DNA from: Pirellula staleyi DSM 6068
Lineage (GTDB): Bacteria > Planctomycetota > Planctomycetia > Pirellulales > Pirellulaceae
Length of the DNA stretch: 32,000 nt
NCBI GenBank assembly: GCA_000025185.1
Contig: CP001848.1
Coordinates: 750,001 to 782,000, forward strand
Direction of reading: 5' to 3'
The notes under the pieces were generated by a model, which searched no databases, was not told where the DNA came from, and worked only from the letters and a program-made list of their open reading frames with translations. Both the position numbers and the translations under genes were made by a program. Shown piece after piece: positions 26,799 to 32,000 of the stretch; positions within the stretch are counted from its first letter, which is position 1; each line of letters starts with the position of its first letter.

Positions 26799-28139
26799 AT
26801 GAACATCATTTTCGTGTGGCTCTGGTCCTTTGGGCAGTTGCCGCTTCCATGCTTCCAGCAGCCGCGCTGGTGCTACCGACCTCGCGCGCTTGCAGTGCTG
26901 CTCACGGCGCTGCTCGGCCTCAGCAGCTTGCGCTCGGCGAGCGCTCAAGTCTCCACCGATCCGCTGTGGCCCGGTCGTCAAGCGCCGACGTACAGCAGTT
27001 CGCCGCAGCCTACGCTGGAGCGTTTGCCTCCTGTGGAAGAGGAGCCTCTCGGGGCGGGCGAAGCGCCGCGCCATGATCCGGCCAATGCTCCTGCCGATAG
27101 CTGGGGAGAGCCTTCGCTAATCGAGCCCGATGCGAGCGAGGCGTGGCTCACCACCGAGCCCCCCGAGACGATTTATCTCGAGGATGAAGCGGTTCCTGCG
27201 CGCAGCCGACCGATGGGTGCCGGAGGTGGAATGGGTGGCATGGGGGGCGGGAGCCGCAGTCCCCTAAGCGCGTCGGCTTTTTGGATTCCGACGAGCAACC
27301 TGCGCGACGCGCCAGGCGATTTTTCGGTGCATGGCGAGAACCTGCAAGTGATGGTCCCCGTGGCGATTGGCGCAGGACGTTTCACCTCCCTTTCAGCGCG
27401 CGTTGGCGCCAGCAGCTATAACACCACGGCCGAGCTTCCGGGATCGCCCGGCACGCTTTTTCCCGAGCAATTGTGGGATATCAACGTCGGTCTGATGCAT
27501 GTGCGCGAGCTCGAGAATGGCTGGTCGCTCGGCGGCATGCTGAACCTCGGTTCGGCGAGTGACAAGCCGTTTCATAGCATCGACGAGATGAACCTTAGCA
27601 TGCTCGCGTTCCTGAAAGTGCCAGCCGGTGAGCGCGACGCATGGAACTTCGCGCTGATGTATGCCCCGCTCGGTCAGCTCGCCTTTCCGATCCCCGGCAT
27701 CAGCTACAGCTGGAACCCAAGCGACCAGTTTTCGATGAACATCGGGCTCCCGTTTTCGCTCCGCTATCAGCCGAGCGAAGTGTGGAGCTACGAGCTGAGC
27801 TACTTGCCGGTCACGAATGTCACCGCCACGGTGCGGGCGCAAATCGGGCCGCGGTGGAGCCTCTACGGCACGTTTCAAACGCATAGCCAGGGGTATCAGA
27901 TTGCCAACCGCGCGGACGATGAAGATCGGCTGTACGAATTCGATCAGCGGCTGCTCGTCGGGAGCCGGATGAACCTCGGCGAGAGCTGGGCGCTCGATTT
28001 CTCCGGAGGCTATTTGATGAACCGAAGCTATTACTACGGCGATTCGTTTTTCGACGACGATGTGGGGTTTGACGTCGAGAATGGTGCCCTCGTGCAGCTG
28101 CGGCTCGAATGGATCCCCCGTTTTGCGCAGCGCTCGTAG
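26799..28139 (+). CDS. Hypothetical secreted protein, possible outer-membrane beta-barrel, with Pro/Glu-rich and Gly/Met-rich N-terminal region
   Basis: Signal-like RALAVLLTALLGLSSLRSASA-Q, and low complexity GAGGGMGGMGGG. The C-terminal ~280 aa show alternating hydrophobic/polar strands with aromatic girdle residues (WSLGGMLNLG, WNFALMYAP, WSYELSYLP, WSLYGTFQT, WALDFSGGYLM, ALVQLRLEWIPRF). The start is uncertain: ATG at 26799 or 26739, or an internal TTG/GTG. Confidence 0.6.
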   Translation: MNIIFVWLWSFGQLPLPCFQQPRWCYRPRALAVLLTALLGLSSLRSASAQVSTDPLWPGRQAPTYSSSPQPTLERLPPVEEEPLGAGEAPRHDPANAPADSWGEPSLIEPDASEAWLTTEPPETIYLEDEAVPARSRPMGAGGGMGGMGGGSRSPLSASAFWIPTSNLRDAPGDFSVHGENLQVMVPVAIGAGRFTSLSARVGASSYNTTAELPGSPGTLFPEQLWDINVGLMHVRELENGWSLGGMLNLGSASDKPFHSIDEMNLSMLAFLKVPAGERDAWNFALMYAPLGQLAFPIPGISYSWNPSDQFSMNIGLPFSLRYQPSEVWSYELSYLPVTNVTATVRAQIGPRWSLYGTFQTHSQGYQIANRADDEDRLYEFDQRLLVGSRMNLGESWALDFSGGYLMNRSYYYGDSFFDDDVGFDVENGALVQLRLEWIPRFAQRS

Positions 28140-28166
28140 CTCGGTAGGTCACCTCGATGGGTGCCA

Positions 28167-28185
28167 CTGCTGGCTTGGCCAGCAG
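28167..28185 (+). terminator. Hairpin downstream of the beta-barrel-like gene (possible terminator, no U-tract)
   Basis: CTGCTGGC-ttg-GCCAGCAG, an 8-bp perfect stem, 28 nt after the stop at 28139. Confidence 0.4.
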
Positions 28186-28233
28186 TTCGAACTGGGGCAG
28201 CCCCGGTAGCCAAGCTACAAGACTACGAGGCTT

Positions 28234-28254
28234 GGCCGGTAGAACCGGCCCTAC
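28234..28254 (-). repeat. REP-like element, family A copy 3 (inverted, 1 mismatch)
   Basis: Plus strand reads GGCCGGTAGAACCGGCCCTAC. It shares the flank CTTGGCCGGT with copy 2. Confidence 0.8.
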
Positions 28255-28419
28255 GATGTGGGCCAGTGGCAGCCCAGCGCAGCCCTCTTTTTCCGTATTT
28301 TTTGCTCGACGCTTGGCGGGTCATGTGATGTAATCGGGAAGCCTGGCGGCGCCTGAGCCTGCAGCTGCTTGGCCCGCGCTGCTGCCCCCCTTCCACCATC
28401 CTCTCCGGGAGTCTGATCG

Positions 28420-29862
28420 ATGTCACGCCTATCGCGCCGCACGGTGCTCAAAGTTGCTGCTGCCAGCAGCGTGTTTCCGCTCTTTACGATCTCGGGGACC
28501 AAAGCGTCGGCCCGAGTGATCGGTGCCAACGATACGATTCGTGTCGCCATCGCTGGTATCAATGGCCGTGGAACCGCGCACATCGATGGCTTTGCCGGCG
28601 CGAAGAATGTCGAAGTCGCTTACCTGGTCGATCCCGACACGCGGATCTATGCCAACCGCACCAAGCTGGTGGAAGCCAAAGGTGGCAACACGCCCAAATG
28701 CATTCAAGACGTTCGCCAAGCGCTCGACGACAAAACGATCGACGCCATTTCGATCGCCACTCCCAATCACTGGCACTCGCTGATGACGATTTGGGGCTGT
28801 CAGGCCGGCAAGGATGTGTACGTCGAAAAGCCGATCAGTCACAACGTGTTTGAAGGTCGTCAGTGCGTGAAAGCAGCCGAGAAATATGGCCGCATCGTGC
28901 AGCACGGCACGCAGAATCGCAGCAGCCAAGGGAAGGCCAACGAAATCGCCGCTGTCCATTCGGGCAAGTATGGCGAACTGCTCGTTTCCAAGGGTTATTG
29001 CTGCAAACCGCGCTGGAGCATCGGAACGAAAGGGCCGGGAACTCCGCCTGAAAATTTCGACTACAACCTGTGGCTTGGCCCTGCTGCCGAGATGCCGTAT
29101 CACGGCAATTTGGTGCACTACAACTGGCACTGGTTCTGGGCGACTGGCAACGGCGATATCGGCAACCAAGGGGTGCACGAAATGGATATCGCGCGCTGGG
29201 CCATTAAAGATGCGACGCTCCCCACCAGCGTGATGAGCATGGGAATTCGCGCGCTCCCCGATGGGGAAAAAGATCAAGGCGAAACACCCAACATGCAGCT
29301 CTCGGTGATGGAGTTCGGCAAGGTGCTGCTGGTGTTTGAAGTGCGTGGTTTGGTCGGCAAGAACAAAGACTATCCGCAGCAAGTTGCCAACGAATATTAC
29401 ACCACCGAAGGTGTGATCAAGGGTGGCAAGTTCTATCCCAAGGATGGTAGCGAGCCGCAAGAGCTCAAAAGTGACTACTCGATTAAAGTTGCCCCGGGTG
29501 GTCCTTTCGGCAGCTTCCTCAATGCGATGCGGACCCGCAATCCGGCCGAAGTGAACTGCAACGCCGAAGTGGCGCACTACTCGTCGGCGCTCTGCCATTT
29601 GTCGAACGTGTCGCAGCGTCTCGGGACTCTCGAGTCGATCGACAAGGCCCGCGCTGCCGTGGCGAACATCGACTCGGCCAAGGAAGCACTCGCCAAGCTC
29701 GAAGCCAACGGTGCTGCTGTCGGCGCGAAGCTCGAGCAGCTGAGCGTCGGCCCCAAGCTGACGTTCGACCCGGCGAGCGAAAAGTTCGTCGATGCTCCCG
29801 AAGCCGACAAGCTCCTCACGCGCAACTACCGCGAAGGGTTCGTCGTCCCCACCGAGGTTTAA
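28420..29862 (+). CDS. Gfo/Idh/MocA family oxidoreductase with Tat signal
   Basis: Tat signal SRRTVLKVAAASS. Rossmann motif IRVAIAGINGRGTAH. Also ATPNHWH and DVYVEKPISHN. Confidence 0.9.
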   Translation: MSRLSRRTVLKVAAASSVFPLFTISGTKASARVIGANDTIRVAIAGINGRGTAHIDGFAGAKNVEVAYLVDPDTRIYANRTKLVEAKGGNTPKCIQDVRQALDDKTIDAISIATPNHWHSLMTIWGCQAGKDVYVEKPISHNVFEGRQCVKAAEKYGRIVQHGTQNRSSQGKANEIAAVHSGKYGELLVSKGYCCKPRWSIGTKGPGTPPENFDYNLWLGPAAEMPYHGNLVHYNWHWFWATGNGDIGNQGVHEMDIARWAIKDATLPTSVMSMGIRALPDGEKDQGETPNMQLSVMEFGKVLLVFEVRGLVGKNKDYPQQVANEYYTTEGVIKGGKFYPKDGSEPQELKSDYSIKVAPGGPFGSFLNAMRTRNPAEVNCNAEVAHYSSALCHLSNVSQRLGTLESIDKARAAVANIDSAKEALAKLEANGAAVGAKLEQLSVGPKLTFDPASEKFVDAPEADKLLTRNYREGFVVPTEV

Positions 29863-29884
29863 TAGCTGCTTGGGTTTGAATGGG

Positions 29885-29905
29885 CGTAGGGCCGGTTCCA
29901 CCGGC
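29885..29905 (+). repeat. REP-like element, family A copy 4 (forward, exact consensus)
   Basis: GTAGGGCCGGTTCCACCGGCC, 23 nt after the oxidoreductase stop codon. Confidence 0.8.
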
Positions 29906-30089
29906 CGCGAATCGATCGCTGCGGTGGAACATCGCTAGATCCTGTGTTGAGCTTTGGCGCAACACAGGCACCCAGCGCGGCCAAAATCGGCTATGCTTGG
30001 GAGAGGAAAACGTAGCGAATCGCCTCGCGCGGCATTGGTGTCTCGCGCGCAGGGAGTCGCGACCGCGAAAATTCAGCCAGGCGTGCCGT

Positions 30090-30575
30090 ATGTCGTTCGA
30101 AGATCGTTTGAAACAGGCCATCGAGCGTGGCCAGCAGCTCGGCGTCGACCGCCTCAAAGTCGAACAAGCACGCACCTGGAGCGAAGAAGATTGCCGCCGC
30201 CGGCATTCGCAGCTGCGGCTGTCGCTCTCGGAGTACATCGAAACCTGCGTCAAACGCTTGCCCGATTATTTCCCCGGATTTCGCTACGAAACGATGTACG
30301 GCGAACTCGGCTGGGGTGGCGCTTGTGCCCGCGAAGATCTGCGGCTGTCGAGCGGCTCGCGATCGAACGAGTACAGCCGACTCGAGCTCACGATTCGCCC
30401 CTACTCGAATAATCTCCGCGTCGTCGAACTCGCCGGCAAAGGGACGATCCGAAACAAAGAACTTTTCAGCCGCAGCTTCTTCGAACCGGTCCAAGAGGCG
30501 GAAGAACCCAAGTTCAAACAACTGATCGATGCCTGGGTGCTCGAATACGCCGAGCAATACGCAGCTAAGGGCTAG
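30090..30575 (+). CDS. Hypothetical cytoplasmic protein (161 aa)
   Basis: Start at MSFEDRLKQAIERG. The upstream 70 aa of the tracked ORF run through the REP-like element and are R/C/W-rich. Composition is balanced and third positions are GC-rich in this frame, whereas the antisense 245-aa ORF looks like a shadow. I recognise no family. Confidence 0.6.
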   Translation: MSFEDRLKQAIERGQQLGVDRLKVEQARTWSEEDCRRRHSQLRLSLSEYIETCVKRLPDYFPGFRYETMYGELGWGGACAREDLRLSSGSRSNEYSRLELTIRPYSNNLRVVELAGKGTIRNKELFSRSFFEPVQEAEEPKFKQLIDAWVLEYAEQYAAKG

Positions 30576-30928
30576 TTCCTCTTCCCTTGGCACCTCGGTT
30601 TTTCCTCTTAGGGGACGAGCGTTTTCCGATAGCTCGTTCTGGTGGTGCGTGGGAAACTTGTCGGCTTCTGCCGAGCGTGCTATCTGCCAGCCCATGCTGC
30701 TGGCATCTCGAGGCGCGGATTTCATCAAAAGTGCTTGCTCAGCAACGCTTTATTCGCATAACTAAATTTTGATGAATCCGAAATTCGCGCGTAACGCCCG
30801 CGCGCTCTTCGGCCATAGAGGGTTGTCGGTCGAGGTGGTCGTGCTCCGCACACGACGCTGCGACCCACAGCCCCTTGCTCGCCAGCCGTCACTCCCCTCG
30901 CATCCAGCCTCGAACAGGAAGCCGACCC

Positions 30929-32000
30929 ATGCTCCGAATCACGTCGTCCGACCGCTCGCCCCAGTGCAACGGCATTTCGCGTCGCAGCGCGCTCAAGCTC
31001 GGAACCCTCGGACTCGGCGCTCTGGGACTCTCGAGCTTCAACCTCTCGCATCTCTTCGCGGCTGAAGAGGCGGCTGGCATCCGGTCGTCGAGCAAAGCGA
31101 TCATCAACATCCATCTTGGTGGTGGTCCTTCGCACCAAGATATGTTCGATCTCAAACCTCTCGCGCCAGTTGAATTCCGGGGCGAGTTCAATCCGATTCC
31201 AACGAACGTCAGCGGCATCGAAATCTGCGAGCATCTGCCGCTGCTGGCCAAGATGGCCGACAAGTATGCGATCATTCGTTCGCTCGTCGGCATGTTCGAC
31301 GATCACAGTAACTTCCACACCAACACCGGCTATGGCCGCAACGATCTGCGGAACGTTGGTGGACGCCCCAGCATCGGCAGTGTGGTGAGCAAGATTCTCG
31401 GCCCAAGCGGCAGCGGCGCACCGGCCTACATTGCCTACACCGATGATCACGAAGGCTACCTCGGCCCGACGTACAAAGCCTATCGCCCGCAAGGTGGCGA
31501 TCTGAAGTTGGTGGGTGGCATGACCGCCGACCGACTCGAGTCGCGCACCAACCTGCTCACGTCGCTCGACAAGATTCGCCGCGATGTCGATTCCAGCGGC
31601 CAGATGAGCGCGCTCGATTCGTTCACGCAGCGGGCTGTCGGGGTTGTCACCAGCGGCAAAGTGGCCGACGCGCTCGATCTCGAACAAGAGGACAAAGCAG
31701 TCCGCGAACGTTATGGCCGCGATGGCGAAGTCTTCCTCCGCTCGCGACGCTTGGTCGAAGCAGGGGTCCGGGTCGTCACGTTCGACTGGGGTGGCTGGGA
31801 CACGCACGGCGACAACTTTAATCAGCTCCGCCGCTTGCTCCCCAAACTCGACGCTGGGCTCAGCTCGCTGATCCAAGACCTGCACGATCGTGGCATGGAT
31901 AAAGATGTCACCGTCATGATGTGGGGCGAATTCGGCCGCACGCCACGCGTGAATTCTGGAGCTGGCCGCGATCACTGGTCGCGCGTTGCGATGGGCTTCA
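30929..32000 (+). CDS. DUF1501 domain-containing protein, paralog of 24933..26291 (3' end outside window)
   Basis: This ORF is absent from the track because it has no stop inside the window. My translation from the ATG at 30929 reads MLRITSSDRSPQCNGISRRSALKLGTLGLGALG...KAIINIHLGGGPSHQDMFDLKP...WDTHGDNF...[23 protein letters not shown], and it aligns block by block with the first DUF1501. Confidence 0.88.
   Translation, partial: MLRITSSDRSPQCNGISRRSALKLGTLGLGALGLSSFNLSHLFAAEEAAGIRSSSKAIINIHLGGGPSHQDMFDLKPLAPVEFRGEFNPIPTNVSGIEICEHLPLLAKMADKYAIIRSLVGMFDDHSNFHTNTGYGRNDLRNVGGRPSIGSVVSKILGPSGSGAPAYIAYTDDHEGYLGPTYKAYRPQGGDLKLVGGMTADRLESRTNLLTSLDKIRRDVDSSGQMSALDSFTQRAVGVVTSGKVADALDLEQEDKAVRERYGRDGEVFLRSRRLVEAGVRVVTFDWGGWDTHGDNFNQLRRLLPKLDAGLSSLIQDLHDRGMDKDVTVMMWGEFGRTPRVNSGAGRDHWSRVAMGF

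Noticed and set aside
28183-28194. GTTCGAAC-containing sequence resembling a tRNA T-loop
   Set aside because: It is only a 12-nt palindrome (CAGTTCGAACTG). There are no acceptor, D or anticodon arms around it.
30588-30602. TGGCAC-CTCGG-TTTT just after the hypothetical gene
   Set aside because: The -12 position lacks the conserved GC dinucleotide. It is probably a chance TGGCAC.

Overview
This is a moderately GC-rich, gene-dense chromosomal segment. Its gene content points to Planctomycetota, probably Pirellulales-like: a DUF1559/H-X9-DG prepilin-like protein, two Tat-signal DUF1501 proteins, a Tat-signal Gfo/Idh/MocA oxidoreductase, and a giant exoprotein with a basic + 'LRIESLENRSVLSG' N-terminus. 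I can support 24 CDS plus one weak small ORF. Left to right they are: a 5'-truncated class III nucleotidyl cyclase; an SSF symporter; a minus-strand cluster (DUF1559 protein, lipoprotein, BON protein, membrane-anchored paralog); a complete sbp-cysT-cysW-cysA-yezD sulfate-uptake operon; a divergent GAF/sigma-54 enhancer-binding protein; a 1266-aa protein made of 12 tandem ~96-aa Ig/cadherin-like repeats; cutA; dapB; thrC; a very long lepB; lptB plus a tightly coupled unknown gene; DUF1501; a possible beta-barrel protein; the Gfo/Idh/MocA oxidoreductase; a hypothetical protein; and a second DUF1501 running off the window. I found no rRNA, tRNA, CRISPR array, transposase, integrase or recognisable defence genes, so this looks like core genome rather than an accessory island. 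The most system-like, possibly undescribed signal is regulatory. An exact sigma-54 -24/-12 promoter (TGGCAC-N5-TTGCA) points into the sulfate-uptake operon and sits back-to-back with the GAF-type sigma-54 activator gene. Other things worth a second look are three families of intergenic repeats (a 21-nt hairpin REP-like element in 4 copies, a ~130-nt composite element in 2-3 copies, and a tandem array of TGGCAC-containing 22-26-nt units), a ~1-kb gene-free structured region, a near-identical 288-nt in-gene duplication, and large insertions in the SSF transporter and LepB. Many very long ORFs in the track (up to 739 aa) are antisense shadows of recognisable genes and were rejected.
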